A DNA stretch of 64,000 nt, from the NCBI RefSeq assembly GCF_018350175.1, contig NC_058368.1:21206001-21270000 (forward strand), read 5' to 3'. This document shows, one piece after another, positions 38,474-51,217 of this stretch. The first letter of the stretch is position 1. Every line of letters starts with the position of its first letter. This stretch comes from Felis catus. Taxonomy: Eukaryota. The position numbers were made by a program, and so were the translations under genes. The notes under the pieces were generated by a model. The model worked only from the letters and a program-made list of their open reading frames with translations. It did no database searches and was not told the origin of the DNA.

Positions 38474-39961
38474 AGCAGAATCAGTCACTCTTGTACTTTG
38501 GATGGATACTATACTATGCAACCATATGATTCTAGTATAGCATTTCTTTTGCATCACTGAAAATATGGCAAAATGTCAGCAGAAAGATTATAGGCCAAAG
38601 CTTAGTTCATTCCCAGCTGTTTCTCAGCAGATATATCCTACTTCTCAGAAAGGATAGCATTGTATATTCATCCAGTTAGAGTCCATCTTTCTAAATGATT
38701 AGCTGTCATTGCCTCAAACTCCTCTATAATTTTAGCTTTAGCAACTTTCTTTGGCAACTTTTGCCTCCGTGATTTTTTTCCTCACATGGATGTCCTCCTC
38801 CTGTGAGGGAAGAGGGGAAAATATACCCTGCTGGCTAGTATTTTTGCCTTCCTCAGCTCAAGCTCTTGCCAAGTTCTCTTTATGCCCTTCATGCCCTAAA
38901 GTCCTAGTTGAAGACCTCAAGAACTTATAAATCAAGATTACTGTCAAGGTTGTTTACACTGCATTGCTATTTAAATCCTTCTCCATACAAATAAATATGG
39001 AATTAGACTATTTTAATTTAATATTTCCCAGGAAGGGCTTATGGCTGGTACTTCAGGTGAAAACCCAACACCGTAAACCATTTGTAACCAATTCATGTAA
39101 CTCAATTGTCACAATGGTTTTTTTGCCTTGGTTTTTCTATTTTGGTGGTATAAGTATGTTTCACACCTTCTTCTTAGGGGTCAGCTGCAAATCTCAGAAA
39201 TCATATAGCTGTGAACATTAAAGACTGTAGTAACAAGATGAATAATGATTTACAATTAAAATTTCAGGACCAGTAAAATGGAAACTATCAGACTTAGACC
39301 AAATGATACATCAAAATGGTCTATCATAAACTAGCCTTTTTATATATTTTTCATTTATGTTTGATGTTAATGGCTTTTGTTCCATTCTGTACTCCTCAAA
39401 GTGAGAAACCCATTAACTCAAAATAAATCAGTCAAAAATTCACTACATGTTGGAAAGCTTTTGCATAGCTCTACTTGTGTTATTTTTTTCTCATTTCAAA
39501 TTCAAAATCTGATAGTTCTTGAACACTATTATATCCTCAGTTTACTTGGCATTCAGTAGGACTGGGCATAGGTGACCCCTCCTTCTTCCTGAAGCACTTT
39601 TCTCTCTTGGCTTCCCTGATCTTGGCTGCCTGGATTTCCTTCAGCCCTGTCAGCTGCTCTTTCCTGGACTCCTTCTCTGGCTCCACCTTGTTTTCCTACC
39701 TTCACATTGTCGGTGTGTATCAGAGCTCAGTCCTAGACTTTCTCTCTCTTTTTCTCACACTCTATGCCGGTAAATACATCCACTCCTGAGATTTTAAGGG
39801 CTATTTCCTACTCAAAATCTGATACTGTATCTTTGGCTTGGACTTCTTTAAGTTCTATACTTGGATGTGTTACAAGGAGCTTAAACCTAACAGGGAAGAT
39901 ACACAAGGCATTAAAATTCAAGTGTTTAAAGAATAAAGAACCTAGGGAATCATCTCCCCAA

Positions 39962-40552
39962 TAATATTTTTAAATTTTATTGAGGTATCACTGAAATGTA
40001 GTAAATTGCAAATATTTTAAGCGTATAATTTGATTCATTTTGACACATATACATATTTGTGAAACAAGCATCACAAGGATAGCAAATATTTCATCACCTT
40101 AAAAGTTTTTCCATGTCCTTTCATAATTCCTCCCTCCCTCCACCCCTATTTCCAGGCAAACATTGATCAACTTTCTGTCACTATAGATTAGTTTGCATTT
40201 TCTGGAATTCTATATAAATGGATTCAAATAGTATACTATATATTCTTTTGTGCCTGGATTCTTTCATTCGCCATGACTTGAGATTCCTCCATGATGTTGG
40301 TCCATGTATCCACAGTTCATTCTTGGTATTGATGGGTAGTATTCCATTGCATGGTTATACCACAATTTGTTCATCCATTTTCCTGTTATGTTCACTTGGG
40401 TTGTTTCTAGTTTGAGGCTATTACATATAAAGCTGATCATTTGTATACATGTCTTTATATGGACTTACGCTCTTTTATTTCTCTTGGGTAAATACCTAGG
40501 AGTGGAATAGCTGGATCACAGAGTATTCTACTTTAACTCTTTAAGAAACTGC
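39962..40552 (-). mobile_element. Old L1M (L1MB/MC-like) 3' end
   Basis: 'ctttctgtcactatagattagtttgcattttctggaattctatataaatgga' and 'gggtaaatacctaggagtggaatagctggatca'. Confidence 0.85.
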
Positions 40553-42872
40553 TGATTCTGGTCAAGATGGTAACATAGGGGAGACTTCTGATCTCATCTC
40601 CTCCCATGAACACAATGAATCTATAGTTACAACAATTAGCTCTGAAAAAAAAATCCAGAAACTAGCTGAGTGACTCCTACATATTGGGCAAACAAGTAAA
40701 AACCCACATCAAAATGAGTACAAGAGGCTGAGACACAATCTCACCATAAATCCCAATCCTGGCATGGTGGCACACAACTGAGAGGGGCCACAAAACTACC
40801 ACCTTCTCCCTGAGGAGCATGGACCTAAAAGGTTTAGACATCTACAGCCTTAGATCTACAGCCCCAGCTTTTAAGACTTCGTCCTGAAAGATGTGCCTCC
40901 AAAACACCTAGTTTTGAATGACATAAAGGCTTGTACCCACAACATCCACAAAGCCTATGGCAAACTCAGAGACAGTTTTCCAAGAGCTCAGGTGGACTCA
41001 CTATGGCTGTCCCTACAAGCCTCAGCACAGAGGCAGCAGACTAAACTTGGTGTCTTTTTGTGAAAGATGCCTATTTGCGTATTTCAAAAGCTGCAGCCTG
41101 AAGAGCAGGCTTCTAATTTAAAACATATCTAGGCGCCAAGTGCAATAATCTCCAGAGACCAAAGAGATCAGGAGGCACTATCTTCCCACTCTCTGCCTTG
41201 CTTCAGGTCACTGGGATAGTCCAGAAGGGAGCTTATGCACATTTCTGGCACCCCAATTTTTATGGCTGCTACCCAGAGGACTTATAGTGATCTCATGGCT
41301 CTGGTGGTCAAGGAGGCTTATTACATTTGCAGGTCCCAATGGACCATAATAAACAGAAAGTTCTTACTGGCTTTCCCTCCAGAGCACAGTGCAGAGGCAG
41401 AAAACAGAAACACCCAGCCTTTCCCTGAAATAGGACAATTTGCTTATCTTAAAACCTGTGGCCTGAAGGCAGGCTTCTAATTTAACACATGTCTACAGGC
41501 AAACTACATTCCTCTCCAGAGACTGGGGAGGCCATTGGGTGCCATCTTGTGCGTTTCTTCTGCCCCACTCCAAGTTACCAGTGTCTCTGAAAAAGAAGCC
41601 AAAAGAAAGCTGAGGTAGCTATACTTAGATAAAATGTACTTTAAGACCAAGACTGTAATGAGAGAGCAAGAATGTCATTATATAATAAGGGGATCAATCC
41701 AACAAGAGGATATAACATTGTAAATGTTTATGCACCCAACATGAAAGCACCTAAATACATAAAGCAAGTGTTAACAGACCTATAGGGAGAAATAGATAGC
41801 AATATAGTAATGGTAGGGGATTTCCATATCCCACTTTCATCAATGGGTAGATATCCAAGCAGAAAATCAATAAGGAAATATTGGACTTAAATGACATGTT
41901 AGAATAGACAGACTTAACAGATACATACAGAATATACATACATACATACAAAAGCAGCAGAATACACATTTTTCTGAAGCACACATGAAACATCCGGAAC
42001 AGATATGTTAAGACACAAAGGAGCAACAAATTAGAGAAAATAGAAAACTTAACTATTAACAGACAAATGTATATAAAATTTATAAAATAGAAATTATATC
42101 AAGTATCTTTTATGACCACAATAAAATTAAGCTAGAAATCAACTATAGGATGAAATCTGGAAAACTCACAAATACATGGAACTTAAACAGCCTATTTATA
42201 AGTAGCCAAAGGATCAAAGTAGAATATAAAAAGGAAATAAAAAAAACCGTCTTGAGACAAATGAAAATGAAAACACAACATACAAAAATTAGGAACGCAG
42301 CAAAAGGTGTTCTAAAAGGAAGTTTATAGTGATAACATATCAAGAAAAAGAAATCTCAAATAAACAACTAACTTTATAGCTCAAGGAGCTAAGGAAAAGA
42401 ACAAATTAAGCCCAAAGTTAAAAGAAGAAAGGAAATAAAGATTAGAGCAAAAATAAATGAAATAGAGCATAGGAAAACAATAAAAAAGATTAATACAATC
42501 AAGAGTTGGTTCTTTGAAAAGAAAAACAAAATTAGCAAATCTTTAGGTAGACTCACCAAGAAAAAGAGAAGGCTCAAATAAAATCACAAATTAAAAAAAA
42601 AATAAGTTACAACTGAAACCACAGAAATACAAAGAATTATAAGAGACTATTATAAACAACTACACACCAACAAACTGGAGAATATAAAAGAAATAGACAA
42701 ATTCCTAGAAACATACAACCAAGACTGAAATATGAAGAAACAGAAGATCTCAACAAACCAATTACAAGTAAGGAGATTGAATCCAGTAATCAAAAACTTC
42801 CCAACAAACAAAAGCCCAGGACCAAATGGCCTCACTGGTGAATTCTAACAAACATATAAGGCATTAATATCA

Positions 42873-43067
42873 GGGGCACGTGGGTGGCTTAGTCAGTTAA
42901 ACATCTGACTCTTGATTTTGGCTCAGGTCATGATCTCATGGTTTGTGGGATCAAGCCCCACGTCAGGCTCTGTGGTCTTGGGATTCTCTCTCTCCCTTTC
43001 TCTCTGCCCCTTCCCCATTCTCTCTCTCTGTCTCTCTCTCAAAATAAGTAAATATTTAAAAACAAAA
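42873..43067 (+). mobile_element. Can-SINE at an L1 deletion junction
   Basis: SINEC head, body and tail; no TSD visible. Confidence 0.93.
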
Positions 43068-44546
43068 ACAAAATCAACATGCAAAAATCAGCTGTGTTTC
43101 TATGCACTAATAAGGAACTATCAGAAAGAGAAATTAAGAAAACACCCCCATTTACAATTGCATCTAAATGAATAAAATACCTAGGAATAAATTTAACCAA
43201 CGAGGTAAAATACCTGTACACTGAAATCTATAAGACATTTATGAAAGAAATTGAAGATGACACAAATAAATAGAAAGGTATTCCATATTTATGAATTAGA
43301 AGAATTAATATTGCTAAGATGTCCATACTACCCAAAGCAATCTATAGATTCAATGCAATCCCTATCAAAATTCCAATGGCATTTTTCACAGAAATACAAA
43401 AATCTTAAAATTTATATGGAATCACAAAAGACCCCAAAGACAACACAAGCCTGAAAAGAACAAAGGTGGAGGCATCACGCTTCTTGATTTCAAACTATTT
43501 ACAAAGCTATAATAATCAAACACTATGATACTGGCATAAAAACAGACACTTAGACTAATGGAACAGAATCAAGAACTCAGAGATAACCTATGCATATATG
43601 GTCAACTAATATTTGACAAGGGAGCCAAGAATTCTCAATGGAGAAAAGATAGTTTCTTCAAAAAATGGTGCAGGGAAAATTGGACATTCACATACAAAAG
43701 AATGAAACTGGACCCCTACCTTATATCACTCAAAAATTAACTCAAGATGGATTAAAGACTTAAATGTAAGACCTGGAGCCATAAAACTCCTGGAAGAAAA
43801 TGTAGGTGAAAGCTCCTTGACATTGGTCTTGGCAATGGTTATAATAATTTTTGGATATAACGGACAAAGCACAAGCAACAAAAGCAAAGATAAACAAATG
43901 AGACTACATCAAACTAAAAAGCTTCTGCACAGCAAAGGAATCAATTGACAAAATGAAAAGGTAACCTACTGAATAGGAAAAAATATTTGCAATCCACATA
44001 TCAGTTAAGGAGTTAATACCCAAAATATGTAAGGAACTCAGAATTCACTCAATACAAAAAACAAAACAAAAACAAATTAAAAAAATCTGATTTAAAACGG
44101 ACAAATAGGCCTAAATAGGCATTTTTTCCCAAAGAATATATTCAAAAGGCCAACAGGTACATATAAAGATGCTCAATATCACTACCATGAGGCAAATGCA
44201 AATCAAAACCACAGTGAGATATTAGCTCACACCCATTAGAATGGCTGTTACCAAAAGGCCAAGAAACAACAAGTGCTGCTAAGGATGTAGAGGAAAGAGA
44301 ACACTTGTGCGCTGTTGGTGAGAATGCAAACTGGGGCAGCCACTGTGAAAAACAGTATGGATGTTCCTCAAAACATTAAAAAAAGAACTACCATATGGTC
44401 CAGCAATTCTACTTCTGTGGGAATGAAATCACTGTCTCAAATAGATATCTGCACCTCCCCACCACCCCGCGCACACTACAGCATTATTTACAACAGCCAA
44501 GACATGGAAACAACCTAAGTATACGCTGACAGATGAATGGATAAAG

Positions 44547-44547
<1 letters not shown>

Positions 44548-44591
<44 letters not shown>
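44548..44591. repeat. (CA)n microsatellite within L1
   Basis: Directly visible. Confidence 0.95.
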
Positions 44592-44593
<2 letters not shown>

Positions 44594-44909
44594 GAATATT
44601 ATGCAGCCATAATAAAGAGGGAAATCCCGCCATTTAAGGCAACATGGATAAATCTTAAAGGTATTATGCTAAATAAAATGTCAGACAGAGAAGGGCAAAT
44701 TCTGGATGATTTCACTTATATGTGGGATCTAAAAAATTAAACTCAGAAGCAGAGAATAGATTGGTGGTTGTCATAGGTTGAGTGAAGATGGTCAAAAGTT
44801 ACAAACTTCCCATTATAAGATGAGTAAAGTCTGTGGATATAATGTACATGGTGAATATAGTTAACAGTAACTCCACTGTATATTTGAAAGTTTCTAAGAG
44901 AGTAGGCTT

Positions 44910-45676
44910 GTCAGAGTGGCTAAAATCAAGAACATAAGAAACAAGTGTTGGTGAGGGTGGAGAAAAGAAACCCTCATGCACTGTTGCTGGGAATGCTAAC
45001 TGGGGCAGCTACTGTGGAAAGCAGTACGGAGTTTCCTCAAAAAGTTAAAAATAGAAGTACCCTATGATCCAGTAACTCACTACTGGGTACTTACCCAAAA
45101 AAACACAAAAACACTAATTCAAAGGGCTACATACACTCCTATGTTTATAGCAGCATCATTTACAATAGCCATATTATGGAAGCAGTCCAAATGTCCATCA
45201 ATTGATGAATGGATAAAGAAAATATATTACATATACACAACAGGAATATTGCTCAATCATAAAAAATAATGAAATCTTACCATTTTCAAGGACATAGATG
45301 GAGCTAGAGTGTATTATGCTAAGCAAAATAAGTCAGAGAAAGACAATTACTGTATGATTTCACTTGTATGTGGAAGTTAAGAAACAAAACAAACAAGCAA
45401 AGGGAAAAGAGAGAGAGAGAGAGAGAGAGGCAAACCAAGAAACAGATACTTACCTATAGAGAACAAACTGATGCTTACCAAAGGGGAGGTGGAGGGGGAT
45501 GGGTTAAATATGTGATGGGGATTAAGGGAATGTCCTTGTAGTGATGAGTACTGGGTGATATATGGAATTGTTCAATCACTACATTGTACACCTGAAACTA
45601 ATATAGCACTGTACTTTATCTATACTGAAATTTAAAATAAAAGTAAATTTAAATTAATAAATATTTTTTAAAAAAT
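44910..45676 (+). mobile_element. Younger 5'-truncated carnivore L1 nested in the older L1 3' UTR
   Basis: Second copy of the ORF2 end and 3' UTR with its own A-rich tail; the host sequence resumes at 'aaagttctcaccacacac'. Confidence 0.85.
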
Positions 45677-45960
45677 AAAGTTCTCACCACACACAATACC
45701 TGTAACTATGTTATGTGATGGATGTTTTAACTAACCTTGTTGTGGTAATCATTCACTATATGTCTCAAATAATTACATTGTACACCTTAAACTTACACAA
45801 TCTTAAATATTAACTATATCTCAATAAAATTGGAAAAATAAAAATTTTAAGATTTTTATTTGGATAGATAAATAAATAAATACTCTATTCACAGTAATAC
45901 CATGCCAAAAAATGTCTAGGATTAAGTCTTACAAAAGGTGTCCAAGATCTCTACATTTTC

Positions 45961-46034
45961 TTTTTTTTTAATGTTTATTTATCTTTGAGCAAGACAGAGC
46001 ACGAGTGGGGGAGGGGCAGACAGAGAGAGAGAGG

Positions 46035-46080
<46 letters not shown>

Positions 46081-46215
46081 ACAGAATCCGGAACAGGCTC
46101 CAGGCTCCAAGCTGTCAGCAAAGAGCCTGACGCCCGGGCTCCAACTCAGGAGCAGCAAGAACATGACCCAAGTGGAAGTCAGCCACTCAACCGACTGAGC
46201 CAGCCAGGCGCCCCT
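45961..46215 (-). mobile_element. Can-SINE with long (GA)n
   Basis: TSD 'ctctacattttctttt' on both sides. Confidence 0.95.
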
Positions 46216-46393
46216 CAAGGCCTCTACATTTTCTTTTGGAGAAATTTTTTATATAACAAAATCAACTTATTTAAGTTGTATTTTTCAAGAAATTTGTCCA
46301 TTTCCTGTAAGTTGTCAAATCTGATGCCATAAAGTTGTTCATAATATTCTGTAATTATCCTATAATTGTCTATAGAATCTGTGGGTAGAACCC

Positions 46394-46583
46394 TTTTTTT
46401 TTTTTTAATATTTATTTTTGAGAGTAGGGGGGAGGGGCAGAGAGAGAGGGAGACACAGAATCTGAAGCAGGCTCCAGGCTCTGAGCTGTCTGCACAGAGT
46501 CCAACGCAGGGTTTGAATTCACCAGCTGTGAGATCATGACCTGAGCAGAAGTTGGACGCTTAACTGAGCCACTCAGGCACCCC
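46394..46583 (-). mobile_element. Can-SINE (felid type)
   Basis: Reverse body; flanks 'aaccctttt'. Confidence 0.94.
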
Positions 46584-48389
46584 AAAACCCTTTTATTTCT
46601 GATATTGGTGACATTTTTGTCTCTCTTATTCCCTTGTCCACTCCAGCTAGAGATGTGTCGGTTTTGTTCATCTTTTCAAAAAAAAAAAGCAACAACTTTT
46701 GGATTTGTTGATTTTCTCTATTGCCTGTTGTTTATTTATTTCTGTTCTTATTTTTATTATTCACTTCCTTCTACTTTGGGTTTGCTTTGCTCTTTTTTTT
46801 TTCAGTTTTCTAAAGCGAAACTTTACTCATTGATTTTAAATCTTTCTTAACATAAGCATTTAAAGCTATGCTTTTCACTCTAGTGTGTTAGCTCCATGTC
46901 ACAAAATTTGTGGCTTGCATCCTCATTCAGTTAACATATTTTCTAATTTCTCTCATCATGTTATCTTTGACCTATGAAGTATTTAGAAGCATCCCTTTCA
47001 AGTCAAAATACTTGAGATAATTTGTTATTGATTTCTAACTTATTTCTGCTGTGGTCAGGGAATATACATTGTATGATTTTGCTCCCTTTAAGCTTCTGAG
47101 ACCTATTTTATGGTCCATCACCTAGTTTTTGGCCACAATTGCTGCTTCTTAGTGAATGCTATGGGCACTTGAAAGGAGTGTATATTCTGAAGTTGTTTGA
47201 TGTACTGTTTCATAAATCTCAGTTAAATCAAGACAGTTGATACTGTTGTTTAAGTTAACTGTATCTTTACTGATTTTTTTGTGAAGTTGTTCTCTCAAAT
47301 GCTGAGAAAGAATATTAAAATCTTTACCACAATTGTAGAATTTCTATTTCTCCCTATAATTTGGTCAATCTTACCACATGTATTTTTGAGGCTCTGTTAT
47401 TAAGTGCACATACACATAAAATTTAAAAGTCTTCCTGATGAAACGAACCTTTCATCATTATGATATACCACCCCCGCCCCCGCTCTATCTCTAGAACACT
47501 CTGTCTTGAAGTTTATTTTATCTGATACTAAAATAGTCACTCCAATCTTCTAATGCTTCATGCTTACATGATATATCTTTTTCCATTTAATTTCAACCTT
47601 TTTTCTATCTTTATAATTAAAAGTATTTCTCAGAGGCAGCATATGGTACAGCCTTGCTCTTTTATTTCAGTCTGTCAATCTCTGTCTTTTAATAGAGTGT
47701 TAAGACCATTAACACTTAATGTAATTTCACTATGTTGAATTTAGAGCTGTCACTTTTTTAAATTTGTTTTCTGTTTGTCTATTGTTATTGTTGTTGTTCT
47801 AGGTCTCTTACCTCTGTTCCTTTTTTCCCCTTCTTTTAAATTATTTGAATTTTTTTGTTATTGCACTATAGTTGACATACAATGTGGATTATTTGAACAT
47901 TTTTTTAGTGTTCCATTTTAATGTGTTTGGCTTTTTGGCTGTATCTCTGTTTTATTCATTTGTTTGGAATTTTTAATTATATTTTTTGTTCCTGATGATT
48001 TATCTAGTAATTACAGTAAACACACTTGATCTTCACATTCTACCTGAAATCATTATGCCACCACTTACATAAAATGTAGAAGTCTTACAACCTACGGATG
48101 CCCCTTTACTACCTTCCCTGACTTTTATGATACAGCCGTCATATGTATGGTGTCTACATATGTATACATACATCCCTCAGAAATGTTATAATTTTTGTTT
48201 TCGGTGGTCACACATAAATACAGAGGGAAAAAGGTTCACCACTCCTGTTGCTCTTCCTTCATTCCTGAAGAGCCAAGCTTCTCTCTGGTATCTTCTTCCT
48301 CAGCTTGAAGAACTTACTTTAGCATTTCTTTTTTTTTTTTTTCTTTTTAGGATACAGAAGATTTTTTTTTTAATAAAAGCTTGGAGGTT

Positions 48390-48816
48390 TTTTTCTTTAA
48401 GTTTTTAATTTTAATTCCAGTCAGTTAACATACACTGTTATATTACTTTCAGGTGTACCATATAGTAATTCAACACTTCCATACATCACCTTGTGTTCAT
48501 CATAAGTGCACTCCTTAATCCCCATCACCTATTTAACCTCTCCCTCCACCCACCTCCCCTCTGGTAACTATCAGTTTGTTCTCTATAGTTAAGAGTCTGT
48601 TTCTTGAGTTCTCTCTCTCTTATTTTTTTTTCCCCTTTGTTTGTTTTGTTTCTTGAATTCCACATATGAGTGAAATCCTGCGCTATTTACCTTTCTCTGA
48701 CTGAGAATTATTTCACTTAGCATCATACTCTCTAACTCCATACATGTTGTTACAAATGGCAAGATTCCATTCTTTTTAATTGCTGAATAATATTCCAGTG
48801 TTTGTGTGCACGCGCA

Positions 48817-48854
<38 letters not shown>

Positions 48855-48892
48855 ACATCTTTACCCACTCATCTATCAATGGATACTTGGTT
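48390..48892 (-). mobile_element. 5'-truncated carnivore L1 3' end with internal (TG)n
   Basis: Closely similar to 19952-20400. Confidence 0.88.
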
Positions 48893-49713
48893 ACTAAAGT
48901 ACTAAATGGATACTAAAGTTAGGATTTCTTAAAATGCTCATATCTTGGGGAGAAAATCTTCTAAAATTTCTCCATCCAAGAATGTCTTTATCTTGCTTTC
49001 TTTCCTGGAAGATATTTTCACTGGCGGTTGAACTCTGGGGCTAACAGTTTTTTGTTGTTTTTTTTTTTTTTATGCTATCTCACTATCTTCTAGACTTTTC
49101 TGGCTTTGGATGGGAAATCTGAAGTTATTTGAATTGATGTTCCCCTGTACATAATGTGCTATTTTTCTCTAACTTCTTTCAAGATTTTCAAATTTATCAT
49201 TGGTTTTTAGAACTTTGATTTTGATTAATTATAGGCATATTATTTCCAAATTTTTATCCTGTTTGGGGTTCACTAAACTTCTTGAGTCTGTAAATTATGT
49301 CCTCCACCAAATTGGGGGAGTATTTTGGCCATTATTTCTTCAAATATTTTTTCTGCCTCAGCCTCCTTGCCTTTCTAAGATTCCAAACACACATATTGAT
49401 ATTTTCCCACAGGTTCCTGAGGTTACGTTTATTTTTTTCGATCCTTTTCTCTGTTCTTCAGTCTGGGTAATTTCTATTGATCTATCCTCAAGTTACCTGA
49501 CTCTTTTCTCTATCATTTCCATATTGCTATCAAGTCCATCCAGTTTTCAGGTGTTAGGGGGGTTTTTTTAGTTCTAAATTTTTTATATTTTTTTCAGTTC
49601 TAAAATATCCTTTCGATTCTCTTTCTATTTCTCTGCTAAAAGATTCTCTTTCTATACATTTAAATTGTGTTTCCTTACCTCATGGTGCATGGCTATGATA
49701 GCTGCTTTAGCTA

Positions 49714-49940
49714 AGGGCTCCTGATGGCTCAGTCAGGTAAGTATCTGACTCTTGATTTCAGCAGGTCATGATCTCACCATCTCTGAGATTGAGCCCCACT
49801 GTCAGCCCCCCATCAGTGCAGAGCCCGCTTGGGATTCTCTTTCTCTCTCTCACTCTCTACCCCTCCCTTGCTCTCTCTCTCTCTCTACCCCTCCCTTGCT
49901 CTCTCTCTCTCTCTCAAAATAAATAAATAACCATTAAAAA
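49714..49940 (+). mobile_element. Can-SINE
   Basis: Head and body; the CT block 'ctctacccctcccttgctctc' is duplicated. Confidence 0.93.
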
Positions 49941-51217
49941 TAATAATAGTTGCTTTAAAGTCTGCATCTAATAATTCCAATATACAGGTCACATTGAGTT
50001 TGGCATATATTGATTATCTTTTCTGTTGGGGTGAAGATGTGAACACACTTTCTCGGTTTTTTAATGTCGTGTAACTGCTGAAATGTGTCTGGGCATTCTG
50101 AAGGTTCTACTTTTTAGATGCTGAGTCCTACTGTAATCCTCTAGAGAATGTTGATGTTCTTATTTTAGTGGCAATCAACCGTTCAGGCTCAGATTGCAAG
50201 TTCTATCTTACCATCTGTGGGTACTGGTTCAAACTTCAGTTTCACTGTCAAAGCTCATGCTATGCCAGTTAAGTCTGTCGCTCCCATTTGTACTTCAAGA
50301 ATGAGCCTGAGATTTGTGAAGATGCACACACAGAATGAGGGATCTGTATTCCAGTTCTCTCCTTGCCGGTATTCTCCCCTCAGCCTCAGTCCCCAAGGGC
50401 TCCTTTTCCTGGTTCCTCTAGCCAGAAGGACTGGGTTTCTAATTCTATCTGCCTGTACTGCAATCACTCCCTCACCATTCCATAATCAGTACCACCCTTG
50501 GGGTATAGCTTTAAGAAAGAAGGGGGAAACATGAGAGTCTCACCACTACGTGGTCATTTGTCCATGTTTTGCCCTTCCCCAACAATCTGTCTGCTTCTGT
50601 TTAATTTTCAGAATTCTCAAATACTGTTTGTTTTGTTTGTATCTTATCCAGTGTTTACATTTGGAAGTCAGTGGAAGAGATGGGTTATATTAGGTTTACT
50701 TTGCAAGCCAGAACCAAAATCCTCAATAATTTTTAAAATAGGCTGAGAATTAGGGCTATTTCACTCTTATCCCCAATATTTAATTTGAAAAATTCCATTA
50801 GAGGTGTGGACACATGTGTGTGCCTGTCAGTGTGTGTGATGTGTGCTAAGCACTTGACCTACATCCCATAGACCTACATCCCATAGACCAGTGTAAATTC
50901 TTATCTCAAAGTGTTGTTGCAAGGCTTAAATGAGATAATGAAAATAAACTGCCTAGTACAGAGTCTGGCAATCAGTTCTCTCTTCCACTACTCAGTAGAG
51001 AATGCACCGAACTGCAATAACTCATTTTTTTTAAAACAAAACTAATAACTATGATGGAAAGTTGAGATGCTTAGACATGTTCTTGACATCAAATTACTAT
51101 GGACACTGAATGTTTCTCTTTATGCTCTTAGTCATATACTACTCCTTCCTTCTCTCTTGCTTACTCTTCTCTTTGTTGACAACAATCAACTGTGTCACTG
51201 GGATGACATTGAAGTCA

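Larger units (their letters stand above)
40553..45845 (+). mobile_element. LINE-1 (L1MA-like 3' end): 5' UTR, ORF1 deleted, ORF2 partly deleted, with nested insertions
   Basis: Starts 'tcaagatgg'; ORF2 endonuclease motifs from ~41600; ORF2 C-terminal half 43068-44700; 3' UTR to ~45845, interrupted at 44910-45676. Confidence 0.88.
46250..50720 (-). mobile_element. Old L1M body (degraded ORF2/ORF1/5' region), interrupted
   Basis: T-rich antisense L1 motifs 'gggcacttgaaaggagtgtatattctg', 'gaagatattttcactgg' and 'tctattgatctatcctcaagtt'. Confidence 0.75.
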
